Source: Anolis carolinensis (taxonomy: Eukaryota). Taken from it: a stretch of 64,000 nt of DNA. A program made the translations under genes and the position numbers. The notes under the pieces are model-generated. The model saw only the letters and a program-made list of their open reading frames with translations, was not told the DNA's origin and searched no databases. The stretch spans positions 255,684,812 to 255,748,811 of the forward strand of contig NC_085844.1 of assembly GCF_035594765.1 (NCBI RefSeq), given 5' to 3'. Of this stretch, positions 39,598 to 53,056 are shown one piece after another (the first letter of the stretch is position 1; every line of letters begins with the position of its first letter).

Positions 39598-40143
39598 TAA
39601 TAAAAATAATAATTAACAATAGACATTGACAAAATCACGATCTGCCAACTGCAAAAGGCCACCCTACTGGGATCTGCGCACATCATCCGAAAATACATCA
39701 CACAGTCCTAGACACTTGGGAAGTGTTCGACTTGTGATTTTCTGATACGAAATCCAGCATGTCTATCTTGTTAGCTGTGTCATAATAAAATAATAAATTT
39801 ATTTTTTACCCCGCCGCCATCTCCCCGAAGAGACTCGGGGCGGCTAACGTGGGGCCAAGCCCGGATAATTACATAAGAACGAAATAAAATACATACATAA
39901 TACACTTCATCAGCAGATAAAAATACATCAAGATAAAAACACAATTACAGTAGAGAGTCACTTATCCAACATAAACGGGCCGGCAGAACGTTGGATAAGC
40001 GAATATGTTGGATAATAAGGAGGGTTTAAGGAAAAGCCTATTAAATGTCAAATTACATTATGGTTTTACAAATTAAGCATCAAAACATCATGTTTGAAAT
40101 ACAAAACCCCTGGAAGCTGGGAACACACTGATATACTGTAGAT

Positions 40144-41048
40144 CAGGGGTCCTCAAACTTTTTAAGCCGAGGGCCGGTCCACAATCCTTCAGACTGTGGA
40201 GGGGCCGAATTATCATTTGGGAAAAAAAAATTCCTATGCACACTGCACATGTCTTATTTGTAATGCAAAACAACAACAACAATGAAAGTACAATACAATA
40301 TTTAAAAATGAAATCAATTGTAACCAACATAAACCTATCAGGATTTCAATGGAAAGTGTGGGCCTGCTACTGGCCAATGAGATAGTCAAGTTAATTAGGA
40401 TTGTTGTTGTGTGTCTTCAAGTCATTTCAGACTTTGGGTGAGCCTAAGTCTAAAATTATTTATTTATTCATTTACTACATTTATTTATTACATTTATATC
40501 CCGCCCTTCTTACCCTGAAGGGAACTCGGAGCAGCTGTATGCACATACAATATATTATATTATTAGCATAGCACAATATTAGCATTATATATTGCTATAT
40601 TGAACTATACCACTATACTGTAATATTATATATAATATATATCATATAATTAATATTATTATATGGTATTATTAGTATATTGTATAACATATTATTATAA
40701 TATTATATGTATATACAATATATTATATTATTTAAAATGATATAAAATATTATTTATTTATTTACAGTATTTATATTCCCCCCTTCTCACCCCGAAGGGG
40801 ACTCAGGGCAGATCACATTACACATGTAAGGCAAACATTCAATGCCTTGACATAGAACAAAGATAGAAGACAAACGCAGGCTCCGAGCTGGCCTCAAACT
40901 CATGACCTCTTGGTCAGAGTGATTGGTCTCAACTGGCTGCAGCTGGCTGCTCACCAGCTTGCGCCACAGCCCGGGCTGTGGGCGGGGGCCAGGTAAATGA
41001 CCTTGGAGGGCCGCATCCGGCCCCCGGGCCTTAGTTTGGGGACCCCTG
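40144..41048. mobile_element. Non-autonomous hAT element with a nested tRNA-head/L2-tail SINE (~40750-40975, minus)
   Basis: TIR caggggtcctcaaact / agtttggggacccctg; perfect 8-bp TSD ctgtagat. Confidence 0.9.
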
Positions 41049-42256
41049 CTGTAGATTAATCATCTCTAGAATCCCATATTGAGCAGAGCAATGGCAACAC
41101 TGGGAAACAAAAATTTGCTAAATATTTGATATTGGTCAACTGTCTCCAGAATCTCACCTGGAGCTGGGTGGCTCTGTGTTAGGAGGAGGATTTGGCTTGT
41201 GCCTTCCAGCCTGGCAGAAGGGGCTGGACTGGAGAGCCTCTGAAGGGAGGAGGGGGTCTCTTGTGTTTCTAGGGTGCTATGCCTCTAATGATTCTTGCTT
41301 GGGTTAAAAGAGGAGGAGGAGTAAGCCAGAAGTGCAAGTTGCTGCAAGGCTGACAAGGGTAAAAGAGGGAGAAGAGGGAGGAGGAGGAGGAGGAAGAGAG
41401 AGTGCGTGGGGGAGAAAAAGGAAGGGAGAAGGAGAGAGAGGGGGGATCTGGAGCAAAATGTGTGTGTGTGCAGGAGGAAAGGGGGGTCCTCCACCCGCCC
41501 ACCCACCCACCCAGGTAAGGAGATGACAGAAGGCAGCCAGCCCCCGCCACACTCGCCAGCCCTGACTTGGCCCTCGCATATAAATGGCCCCCCATGGGAT
41601 GATTCACCCCCCTTCCTTCCCGAGATGCGCTTTCCTCCTTCCAGTTTTTTCGAAAGGGAAAGAGCCACAGCTCGCACCTTGGATTGAGTGAAAGATGCAA
41701 TGTTTCCAATTGGCCACTAGATGGCGTCGGATAATACGGAGTGTCGGATAAGCGGAAGTCGGATAAGTGAGACTCTACTGTATACATAGTAACATAGTAA
41801 AAGTAAAATACTGACAATAGCATAAACATAATTTAAAACTGCAACAGGAGTTAACAAAAACGAACTGGGCCAAAGTGCAAGGAATGTACATTGTAAACCC
41901 AATGGGAGAGGTGGATGAATAAAGTGCTGCATTAAGTAGGAGACTTGGGACGGGATAAATGATGAAGTTATTTTCAACTGATGGAACAGAATAAAGTGCA
42001 TCAAATATAGTAATTGTCACTGAAATGGGACCTGTCGTAGGGATTAGTAGTTTCCCAACTCTGATAATATGATGGCAATCGAATATTATTTTTCTAAGAA
42101 TTCCCTCCAGTGGGCACAAGCCAAGTTTACATCAGATGCCCACAAAGGACAAGTGAGAGGTTCTAGATGTATTAAACTGGTGACACAACATGTATAATCT
42201 AAGTAATGTTTCATTCCACTTTATGTCTTTCTAATACCTCTGCACTATTGAACTAT

Positions 42257-43022
42257 ACACTTCCTAAGTGTCTAGGACTGTGTGATGTATTTTCGGATGA
42301 TGCGCACAGATCCCAGTTGGGTGGCCTTTTGCAGTTGGCAGATCGTAATTTTGTCAATGTCTATTGTTTCCAAATGAGATCTTTCAGCACGGCACCCAGT
42401 GTGCCCATCACCACCGGGACCACCTGCACTGGTTTCTGCCAGAGTCTTTGAAGTTCAATCTTGAGGTCCTGATAGCGGCTGAGTTTTTCCTGTTGTTTTT
42501 TGTCAATGCGACTGTCACCTGGGATGGCAACATCAATGAACCAAACTTTTTTCTTCTCCACAACCGTGATGTCTGGTGTGTTGTGTTCCAGAGCTTTGTC
42601 AGTCTGGATTCGGGAGTCCCACAGTATCTTTGTGTGCTCATTTTCCAATACTTTTGCAGGTTTGTGATCCCACCAGTTCTTTTCTGCTGGGAGGTGGTAC
42701 TTGAGGCATAAGTTCCAATGAATCATTTGGGCCACATAGTTGTGCCTCTGTTTGTAGTCTGTCTGTGCGATTTTCTTACAGCAGCTGAGGATATATATGA
42801 TCAATGGTTTCATCGGTTTCCTTGCACACTGCATTTTGGGTCATCAGCTGATTTTTCGATCTTGGCCTTGATTGCCTTTGTCCTGATGTCTTGCTCCTGG
42901 GCTGCAAGGATCAGGCCTTCTGTCTCCTTCTTCAGGGTCCCATTCGTGAGCCAGAGCCAGGTCTTCTCCTTATCAGCTTTTCCTTCAATTTTGTCAAGGA
43001 ACTTTCCATGCAATGTTTTGTT
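42257..43022 (-). mobile_element. Dong/R4 fragment
   Basis: Same restriction-like endonuclease sequence as 6303-7126, followed by (TTA)n. Confidence 0.85.
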
Positions 43023-43065
<43 letters not shown>

Positions 43066-43200
43066 GTTCAGTAGAAAGTAGAATATGGACAGGTGAATGT
43101 TTTGTTTTGTAATTCTACACATATAATGTGTATTGAGGATGAAATTTAATTTTCTTGTGCAATGACAATAAAGTTATTCTATTCCATTCTCTTCTCTCAG

Positions 43201-43337
43201 CGGGAGGCACTACTGGGTGCCGGTCACCCAGCGGCTCTTTGGCGGCCAGATCGTGGGGCAGGCCCTGGTGGCTGCGGCGAAGGCTGTGAGTGAGGACGTC
43301 CACGTCCATTCCTTGCACTGCTACTTTGTCAGAGCAG
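43201..43337 (+). CDS. ACOT8: ACOT8 exon 2
   Basis: GRHYWVPVTQRLFGGQIVGQALVAAAKAVSEDVHVHSLHCYFVRA; AG/GT boundaries. Confidence 0.95.
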
Positions 43338-43439
43338 GTCAGTACGGAGCCCTTTGGGAGAGGCGGGCATGGAGGCACGCAGCCCACCAAGGCTATCTGT
43401 CGTGATGCAAGCGGCCTGAGCCCTGCTGTGTCTCCCCAG

Positions 43440-43665
43440 GGGACCCCACGGTGCCCGTCCTGTACCAGGTGGAGCGCACCCGGACGGGGAGGAGCTTCTC
43501 GGTGCGGTCGGTCAAGGCCATCCAGCACGGGATGCCCATCCTCACCTGCCAGGCCTCCTTCCAGGCGGCGCAGCCCAGCCCCATCCAGCACCAGTTCCAC
43601 ATGCCGGAGGTGCCGCTCCCGGAGGAACTATTGACCCAGGAGGAGCTCATCCACAAGTACCTCCA
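43440..43665 (+). CDS. ACOT8: ACOT8 exon 3
   Basis: GDPTVPVLYQVERTRTGRSFSVRSVKAIQHG...LIHKYL; AG/GT boundaries. Confidence 0.95.
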
Positions 43666-45663
43666 GTGAGTGACAACCGGGGCCTTCCCTCTCCCCTTGC
43701 TCAACAACTGGCAGAGAGAGAACTCCGGCAGAGTCCCTGGGGAAAGGGGGAAAGAGAGAGCGAGCCGCCTGCCTTGTCCCTTTATTTAGCCACTTCTGCC
43801 TGGCGAACTGATCCTCCGTCTCTTGAGCCTCCAGAGCTGCTTCTTTTTCAAAACATGTCTCTATTTCTGCTTCAAGGCAGCAGGAATCTCACCTGGCCTA
43901 ATTGAACCACTCCACCTGCGTCTAGTTGTGAATTCTGAAGTGAAGCTGAGTGTGAGTGGTGAAGGCGGTGTGTGTGTTGGCAGCAGCAAGTGCATGTGTG
44001 TGGAGAGGGTGAGTGAGTGGGTGTTGGCGATGGATGTAGTGTGCAGTGTGCAGTGAGAATGAGTAAGTGTGAATGGTGGTGGCAGGTGTATGGTGGCAAG
44101 TGTGCATGCGGTTGTATGTGCATGGCACAGCTGCCGCATGCACACCAGATACACACACTCGTGCACCTTACACATGCATGGCATGCGTGCACTCACACAC
44201 AATCAAAATCCGGTCTCCCAACAGTCTGCAGGATCGTGAACCGGCCCTCCACTTAAAAAGTATAAGGTATAAGGATTCTGGGTATTGTCTCCTAAACTTT
44301 AACTTTTCAAAACTCTGACCAAAGCTATCCAGTCATGGGAGTGAAAATCACTGATCTACAAATTGCCAAGTCCATCAGTTGTTTGCAAAAAGAGTGAACA
44401 ATTGTCCCAGTGTTACCAGACAGCAACTTCCATGACTCCTCTCACTGTTGGCTGTGCTGCCTAAGGCTCATGGGAACTGTGGTGGAACAATCGCTAGATA
44501 TCCTGTCATTCCTTAATTTATAAAATATTTTGTCAAGTCTTTGGACTTAAAGCGTGGTATTAATAGTGATTGTAATGTTTTAATGTATTTCAATTTTGAT
44601 CTGAATTTTAATTTAAATGTTTGTTTTAATTGTGTATTGTTTTTAAGGCATTGAATTGTTGCCTATGTGTAAGCAGCCTTGAGTCCCCTTTGGGATTGAG
44701 AAAGGCGGGATATAAATATAGAACATAAATACATAAATTTTCTGGGGGCTCCGCTGTATTTCATCATCCTCCAGAGCGGCCATGCACCTTTATCTCCCAT
44801 TATTAAATATTTGATGAAAACATTGAGGAGCTGGAAGGCTTAGTTCTGCTGCTGCAAAGACTAGGACACAGTGAAGCAATGCATTCAAATTGCAGGGAAA
44901 GAGATTCCACCCACACCTTAGGAAGAACTTCCTGAGGGTCAGAGCTGGAATATGCTTATGCCGTGGAGTCGGTGGGCATTTCTTCTCTGGAGGTTTTACA
45001 CAGAGGTTGGAAGGCCGTCACTTGGGAGGAGACTTCACTTAGGCAGAAAAATAAAAAGCACAAATGCAGGATGGGTGAGATCTGGCTCCACAGCAGAGTT
45101 ACCTGTGAAAAAGAGCTTGGGATATTAGTGAGCATGAGCCAAAAGTAGGATGCAGCAGCTCAAAAAGCCAGGGCTGCATCCCAAGGAGTCTAGTATCCAG
45201 ATCAAGGGAAGTCATTGTGCTCCTCTATTCTGCTTTGATCAGACCTTCAACTGTAATAATAACCCTGTGTCCATTTCTGGGCCCCACAGTTTGAAAGACA
45301 TATCAACTCTAAGCTGTAAGGTGTCCAGAGCAGCGTGACTAAAATAATAAAAGGTCAGGAGACCATGAATAATCCCTGTGAGGAGCATCATAAAGAGGAG
45401 GGTCTGTTTAGTGCACTTTATCTATTTATGAATTTGTTACCCATAATGTGCACCGTACACTTTGCTTATCCACTATTGCAACCTCATTGTTTTTAACCTG
45501 ATGTTTTAATTCTGCGTTGTGTTTTTTAACTTATTGTGTATATTTTTTATTGGTTTTTGTTTTTGTCCTGATGTTTTATATTTTATCATTGTTTGTATTT
45601 TGATTTTGCTGTAAGCCGCCCCGAGTCCCCTTCTGGGGAGATGGAGGCGGGATACAAATAAAC

Positions 45664-45702
<39 letters not shown>

Positions 45703-46228
45703 GTCTGCAGAAGAGAAGATTGAGAGAAGGAGACATGAGAGGAGCCATGTATAAATATGTGGAAGGGTGTCACAAGGAAGAGAGAACCGGCTTCCTTTCT
45801 GCTGCCCTGGAAACTAGGACTCAATGGAGTCACGGGTTCAAATTACAGGAGAGGAGATTCCATTGAACATTAGGAAGAGCTTCCTGGCTGTAAGAAGAGG
45901 CAGTGGAACTCTTTGCCTCGGAGTCTGGTGGAAACTCCTTCCTTGGAGGCTGGATGGCCATCTGCCAAGGATACTTTTATTGTGCTTTTCCTGCTTGGCA
46001 GAAGGGGGTTGGATAGCTCTGCCGGGGAGTCACTTCTATGGTTTTATCATCTCTTGGTTAGCACTAGTAAGTGGTGAGGGATGATGAGAATTGCAGTCCA
46101 ACATGGCCTGGAGAGCCACACATGCTCCACCTGGTCTTGGTAAAGAATATATTGTGGGCATAGTACCCTGTTCCTGTATTCCCCTAAAGTTCCTGAGCTG
46201 CCTTGTTCCTCTTTCTGTCTCTGCCAAG

Positions 46229-46386
46229 GGACCCCAACCTCCTGGAGCGGTACCGGCAAGGGCTCACCAAGATGCTGGCCCAAGAAGTCCCCATTGAGAT
46301 GAAGCCGGTGAACCCGCCCGACTTCTACCACCGGGACCAGCAGGAGCCCAAGCAGCTCTTCTGGGTGCGGGCCAGGGGACACATTG
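46229..46386 (+). CDS. ACOT8: ACOT8 exon 4
   Basis: DPNLLERY...AQEVPIEMKPVNP...EPKQLFWVRARGHI; phases consistent with neighbours. Confidence 0.95.
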
Positions 46387-47665
46387 GTGAGTGCAAGGCA
46401 TGCTCACTCCTTTGCTCCGTTGGTTGCATGATTGTTAGTAGCCAAAACTGAAAGATTTTCTGTTTCTGGTTTGGGAGGGTTATTTCCTGTTTAATTGTGC
46501 TGACCTTACTTGGAAAGTAGTAGTTAGATTCCAGAACCTTCATTTTTGTGGCTGCCACAAACTAGGTTGAATGGGTTGAGACTCTATAGTGAGATCTTCA
46601 TTGAAAAACTAGAGCAAAATATGCTGCAGGATGATGTCCCTCCCGCAAAGACAAAGTTTTTTTGCAGTTCGCCAGATAGGACTCTGTTCTCTGTACTTCA
46701 TCCAACTCCCCGGCCCTGTGTTGCGCTGCTTTGGTGCTCTGAATGCGATTTCCTGCTTCTTGGCAGGGGGTTGGACTGGATGGCCCACGAGGTCTCTTCC
46801 AACTCTATGATTCTATGATTCTATGATCACACGCCCAGCCCTTTTTATACCCTGCTCACACCCATTTTAGTATTTTTGGTTATTAGTTTTTGTCAAGTAT
46901 TGTTTTGATGGAGTTTCAGTGCTGCTGTTTAATATTCTTGTGTTTTATTTAATTGTGTTTTTATCTGGATTGTTATATGTTTTATTTGATTCTGTTTTTG
47001 TTGCAATGGATTGTTTTGCTTTTATGTCTGGTGGACATTCTGTCCCAGATGGAAGCCACCCCGAGTCCATTTAGGGAGATGGTGGCTGGGTATAAGAATA
47101 AAGTTATAATTATTACTATTACATCTACCTATATTTTATAATATGTTTTATCTTATAATGTGTAATCTAAACTCACATATCTACACTGTACATTTTATAA
47201 TGTGTTTTTATCAGTTATAATTTTTAACTGATTTATATTGTACTGTATAATTTTTTATATATGTGTTTTATTGTAAGCCGCCCTGAGTCTTCTGTTGGGT
47301 GAGAAGGGCGGGATATAAATATTGTAATAAATAAATAAATAATATTATTACTACTACTATCATTATTATTATTGACACAAAGACATAGTATGACACACCA
47401 ACCGATTTCATATCACAAAACCACAAGTCAAACATTTCCCAAGTGTTTAGGACTGTGTGATGTATTTTTGGATGATGCGTGCAGATCCCAGTCAGGTGGC
47501 CTTTTGCAGTTGACAGATAGTAATTTAGTCAATGTTTATTATTTTGTCAATAATTTTTGTCTATTATTATTTTGTCAATAATAATAATAATTGACAAAAT
47601 AATAATAATTGACAAAAATTATTTATAAAATAATAAACATTGACAAAGGAAGACGTAACCTTCTA

Positions 47666-47716
<51 letters not shown>

Positions 47717-48293
47717 TTATGACACAGCAAACAAGATAGACATGCTGGATTTCGTACCACAAAATCACAAGTCAAACACTTCCCAAGTGTTCCCAAGTGT
47801 GTGATGTATTTTCGGATGATGCGTGCAGATCCCAGCAGGGTGGCCTTTTGCAGTTGGCAGATCGTGATTTTGTTAATGTCTATTGTTTCCAAATGTCCGC
47901 TGAGATCTTTTGGCACAGCACCCAATGTGCCGATCACCACCCGGACCACCTGCACTGGTTTCTGCCAGAGTCTTTGAAGTTCAATCTTGAGGTCCTGAGA
48001 GCGGCTGAGTTTTTCCTGTTGTTTTTTGTCAATGCGACTGTCACCTGGGATGGCGACATCAATGATCCCAACCTTTTTCTTTTCCACAACTGTGATGTCT
48101 GGTGTGTTGTGTTCCAGAACTTTGTCAGTCTGGACTCGGAAATCCCACAGTCTCTTTGCGTGCTCATTTTCCAATACTTTTGCAGGTTTGTGATCCCACC
48201 AGTTCTTTATTGCTGGGAGGTGGTACTTGAGGCATAAGTTCCAATGAATCATTTGGGCCACATAGTTGTGCCTCTGTTTGTAGTCTGTCTGTC

Positions 48294-48295
<2 letters not shown>
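47717..48295 (-). mobile_element. Dong/R4 3' fragment between (TTA)n tracts (shorter piece at 47374-47537)
   Basis: Restriction-like endonuclease ORF 47623-48261. Confidence 0.85.
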
Positions 48296-48339
<44 letters not shown>

Positions 48340-48703
48340 GTTATTAGAAGGTTACATCTTCCTTTAAAAGGAAATGATGCCCTCTGGCCTTCCAGTGTCT
48401 TCCAAGAGCCATAGGGCTCAACTGGGTGGTGTTTTAGGACAGTAGACCTTCTTTCCCAAAGGAAGTGACTCCGAAATCAACCTCAAGGAGGAAAATGCTC
48501 ATAAGAAGCATTGGGGGGGGGGGGGGGGTTGCAATTTGACGAATGCTATGTGTCCTGGAATTGGATGCTGGGGCCAAAAGGCTTGAAAAAATGCCTCCGT
48601 GGGTGCATGTCCTGGGAAGGCTGCTCAGGGGAGTGTGCAGTGCTGTCAGCCTTGGCTTCCCCTCCTCAGGCAGAGCCCTGATCAGCCAGTGTTTCCCTTC
48701 CAG

Positions 48704-48895
48704 GGGAGTGCGACATGAAGCTGCACTGCTGCGTGGCCGCCTACATCTCGGACTACGCGTTCCTGGCCACGTCCCTGCTGCCGCACCGGCACCACCAGGT
48801 GGGCTTCCTGGCCTCCCTGGACCACTCCCTCTGGTTCCACGCTCCCTTCCGGGCCGACCACTGGATGCTCTACGAGTGCGAGAGCCCCTGGGCCG
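48704..48895 (+). CDS. ACOT8: ACOT8 exon 5
   Basis: ECDMKLHCCVAAYISDYAFL...SLDHSLWFHAPFRADHWMLYECESPWA. Confidence 0.95.
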
Positions 48896-49853
48896 GTGAG
48901 TGAGAGCCGACTGACCCAAGCTGACAAAATGAACGTCTACAGGGAGGAATATCTAGTGCTACACTTGGGCAATAAAAATGAAATGCAGAGGGATGGGATG
49001 GGGGACCCCCGGCTTGGAAATGGTCCACGTGAAAGGGCCAGGAGTGGGATGTCACAGCTAAAAAGGCCGATGCGATTCCAGGCTGCATCCATAGGAGGAG
49101 AATGTCCAGGTGGAGGAACGCAATATTGGTTCAATGTTTACAAAGCTCAGTTGCTGCTAGACTTTTTATACTTTTGACACGTTTTAGTAGTTTGAAAGAC
49201 TATTTTAATTGATATGTGTATGTTTTTACAGTTGTATAATATGGTGTTTGACTGATACAGTAGTCTCTCGCTTATCCAACGTTCTATATTATCCAATGAA
49301 GTTTGCCAACACAGTAGTCAATGTCTTTTTAGTCAATATTTTCAATACATTGCGATGTTTTAGTGCTAAATTCATATATACAGAAATTACTACATAATGT
49401 TACTGTGTATTGAACTGCTTTTTCTGTCAATTTATTGTAAAACATGATGTTTTGGTGCTTAATTTATAAAATCATAATGTAATTTGACCTTTAATAGCCT
49501 TTTCCTTAATCCCCCCCTTATTATCCAGCGTTTTCACTTATCCAGTGTTCTGCCAGCCCCTTTATGTTGGATAAGCGAGACTCTGCTGTATTGTTATTGC
49601 CTGAATCTGGCATTGAATTATTGCCATAGTTCATCAGTCGCTCTGCATCCGCCTTTGGGGGTGAGAAGGGCAGGGTATAAGTACAATAAATAAGTAAATA
49701 ATAATAATATAGCCATGGCCTGACGATTGTTAGATGTATGACCAAACATGAGCCAGGAGTGTATTGTGGCAGCTAAAAAGGCCAATGCGATTCCAGGGCT
49801 GAAGTTTGCCCATGCCTGGACTAACGCTTTCCCCCACGTGTGTCCCACCCCAG

Positions 49854-49972
49854 GAGGATGCCGGGGCCTGGTCCAGGGGCGGCTGTGGCGCAGCGACGGG
49901 GTGCTGGCGGCCACTTGCGCCCAGGAAGGAGTCATCCGGGTGAAGGACCAGCCGGCCACCAGCAAGCTCTGA
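49854..49972 (+). CDS. ACOT8: ACOT8 exon 6; 304 aa in total, C-terminal SKL (PTS1)
   Basis: GGCRGLVQGRLWRSDGVLAATCAQEGVIRVKDQPATSKL*; CTAAC branch point at 49821; AATAAA at 50127 and 50324. Confidence 0.95.
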
Positions 49973-50381
49973 CGGCCACGGCCTCCCACCAGGAGGGAGG
50001 GTCCTGCCCGACTCTCGTTGGCACGGGCAAAGCCTCCACCCTGGATGCGGGGGCAGACGGACAGAGGAGAGAGAGACTCACGGACGGAAGGAATGTATTA
50101 TAATAATACTAATTTATGATAAGAAGAATAAATCTTTATTTGCACCCCAGGGGGACTTGGGATGGCTCATGGAAGCACTACAGTGCCATGTATAAACCAC
50201 AGTACGAAGTACACAGTGGAAATATATGACATAAGTACAAAAACAACAATACATGTAAAAAGGACCAACTGGGTGGTTTTTATTGGGCGTATTACTTCAT
50301 TACAGACTGGCCTCTTGGATGCCAATAAAGTGACCAAGACTCCCTGCACGGCTCCAGTCTCTTGGGGGTGCAGGGGATTGA

Positions 50382-50412
<31 letters not shown>

Positions 50413-50432
50413 CACACACACACACACACATA

Positions 50433-51128
50433 CTAGCTTTGCCCGGCCACGTGTTGCAGTGGCTTATAGGAATCCTTTGTTGGCCAGGTGGAATAGCAGT
50501 GAATAGCCTTGCAGTCTCAAAGCCTGGCCGTTTTCTGGAGTAGCTGGAGCTGTTTGTTGTCTGAACGTAGAGGCATGGATGAGGGGTTGTGCTGCCAAGT
50601 GTAGTGTTTCTGGGATGTGTAGTTTTGTTGTTTTGTCCTAGGCCGAAATTTCATTACCCTTTTATATATATAGACTAGCTGTGCCTGGCCATGCGTTGCT
50701 GTGGCGAAGTGTGGTGGTATGGGAAATAGTCAAGATAATCCAGTTCAAAGCAGATAAAAGAAGATTATTAATGGGTTATATAGCTGTGTGAAAGGGCCTT
50801 GCGTCTACATTGCCATATAATACAGTTAAAATCAGATAATCTGTATCTTATAGGCAGTGTGGAAGAGGCCTAAGTGAGGCCTAACTCTGTCTGTCCCCTG
50901 CGGTGAGTGGGTTGCTAGGAGACCAAGTGGGCGGAGCTTAGCCTTCTAACTGGCAGCAATTGGCTAAAAACAATTATTCCTCTCCCTCTAATGAGGACTT
51001 TATTTTTCTTTTCTTTTTGTTGTATGAACGTAGAGGCATGGATGAGGGGTTGTGCTGCCAAGTTTAGTGTTTCTGGGATGTGTAGTTTTGTTGTTTTGTC
51101 CTAAGCCGAAATTTCATTACCCTTTTAT

Positions 51129-51177
<49 letters not shown>
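50433..51177 (-). mobile_element. Two tandem Helitron-like elements (50433-50674, 50675-~51177)
   Basis: Reverse complement of the 38-39 kb ends: ctagc..gccac/gtggc hairpin and cttttatatataga. Confidence 0.7.
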
Positions 51178-51179
<2 letters not shown>

Positions 51180-51434
51180 TGTAGGTTATTAGGAAAGGAA
51201 GTATGTCATGTTGCCACATCCCCCTCCAGCCTGCTCTCACCCCATTGCCTTTCCCACCTGGCATTCAGTGTGCTCCCTCCACAAAGACAAGACCTTTGTG
51301 TCCTTTGCCATCTGTCTTGAGCCATTAAGAATCTGGACGGCCGCCTGTCTGGACAGCCTGTATGTGCCTTCCTGCCTGGCAGATTAAGCCTGGATCTGTT
51401 GACCTCTGGGGTGTTGTCTAACTCTAGGATTCTA

Positions 51435-51901
51435 CCGTTTCCCTGAAAATAAGACATACACATAAAATAAGCCATAGCAGGATTTCTAAGCCATACCCCG
51501 AAAATAAGATGTGGCTGTGCAGACCCCTGTCAGGTCCCAGTTGTTGTGTGTGTGCTGCAAGCTGAGGCAGAGGGAGACACAAAGTAAAAGTCTCAGTGTA
51601 GTGAGGAGCAGGATGCTCTAGTGTTGTGTATCCTCGGGGGAAGAAGCAAAGCCATGGCTGCCCTTTTTCTCAGGTCTCTCTCCCCCAGCACCAACCAGCA
51701 ACAGTCTTGTGGGTCTCTCTCTCACCCCACACAAACACCAGGGGATAGGTGGGGGGAAAGGTCCAGCATGTAGTCTGCTACTGAGCCCAGAGAGATCACC
51801 CCATCAACGCTGATTGTTGTACCATACTTAATACAAATAAGGCATTCCCCGAAAATAGGCCATAGTGTGTCATCTTGAGGGAAAATAAATATAAAACATA
51901 G
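51435..51901. mobile_element. Tigger-like MITE, degenerate
   Basis: ta|ccgtttccctgaaaataagac left end related to 958-1376; aaaataagcc subrepeats; right end decayed. Confidence 0.6.
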
Positions 51902-52390
51902 TATATGTAGGTTATTAGGAAAGGAAGTAAGTCATGGTGCCACATCCCCTCCAGCCTGCTCTCACCCCATTGCTGTTCCTGGGCGCATTGTCTGGTGCCG
52001 TCTTTCCGGTGCGCTCCCTCCACAAACACAAGACCTTCCTGTCCTCTGCCATCCGTCTGAGAAGCTGGTGGCGAAATGTCTCATTAAGAACCTGGACCGC
52101 CTGGAATGTGCCTTCCTGCCTGGCAGGATGCGGCTGGACCCGATGGCCTGCCTCTGGGGCCGTTTCTAACTCTAGGGTTCTAAGAACACGGCCATCCCCT
52201 TTTCCCGTCCCCAATCTTCAAGCTGTATGACAATTCCTCCTCAAAAGAGAACGAAGGGGGGGATTCCTGTAGCCGGACCCTGGCCTCTGCTGCTGGGGGT
52301 CTCCCCGATGCCTTCTCACTCTCTCCACTGACCGCTCTCTGCCCGGGGGTGTCCTGCCTCCCTCTCTCCTCCTCCTCCTCCTCCTCCTCC

Positions 52391-53056
52391 TCAGGGCAGG
52401 GGCTGCTTGATGAGCATCTCCTTCAGGGAGGGCGGGGGGGACGGCCCGCGTTCCTGCAGGGCCTGCAGCCGGGCCTCGGCCCCCCGCTTGTCCCTGCCCA
52501 GGGCCCAGGCCAGGCGGACGTGTGCCTGCAGGAAGGGGCCCAGCAGCGGGTGGCTGTCTTGGGCCTCCAGCAGCCGCAAGGCCTCCTCGCACGCGGCCAG
52601 GGCCTCCTGGAGCCGCTCCAGTTCCTGCTGGCAGACAGCCAGGCCGGCCAGGGTGACCAGGAAGTGGCCCGAGCGCTCGGCGCCCAGTTTCTCCTGCAGC
52701 CGCCGGGCGTTGCTCCAGGCCGCCAGGGCCTCCCGGTAGAGACCCCCGCAGGTCAAGCGCTGGGCCTCGCGCAGGTCCTCCAGGAAGAAGAACTCCAGGA
52801 ACTCGGCCGAGCGCCGGACCTCCGGCAAGGAGTGCAGGTGCGAGAGGAATGCTTCAAAGGCCCGGCTCCGCTTGGCGATGGTCTCAGCCGCAAAGTTGCG
52901 CCGCAGCCGCTTTCGCGGGAAGGAGACGCCCGTCAGGTCGGCCCCGAAGCGCCGGTGCAAGCGGCGGTTCAGCCGCTCAAAGTCCGAGTAGCGCCGGGCG
53001 ATGGTGGCGGGGGCCTTGTCGAACTCCCCCGTCCGGATCAGGTAGATGGTGTAGAG
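52391..53056 (-). CDS. SNX21: Sorting nexin 21, last coding exon (PX C-half + PXB); upstream exons not found in window
   Basis: LYTIYLI..ARRYSDFERL..SFPRKRLRRNFAAETIAKRSRAFEAFL..LKEMLIKQPLP*; acceptor ccccacag|; synteny with ACOT8 favours SNX21 over SNX20. Confidence 0.92.
   Translation of the reverse strand, partial: LYTIYLIRTGEFDKAPATIARRYSDFERLNRRLHRRFGADLTGVSFPRKRLRRNFAAETIAKRSRAFEAFLSHLHSLPEVRRSAEFLEFFFLEDLREAQRLTCGGLYREALAAWSNARRLQEKLGAERSGHFLVTLAGLAVCQQELERLQEALAACEEALRLLEAQDSHPLLGPFLQAHVRLAWALGRDKRGAEARLQALQERGPSPPPSLKEMLIKQPLP

Noticed and set aside
43960-44200. His/Thr/Cys-rich ORFs
   Set aside because: Degenerate GT/CA low-complexity sequence.
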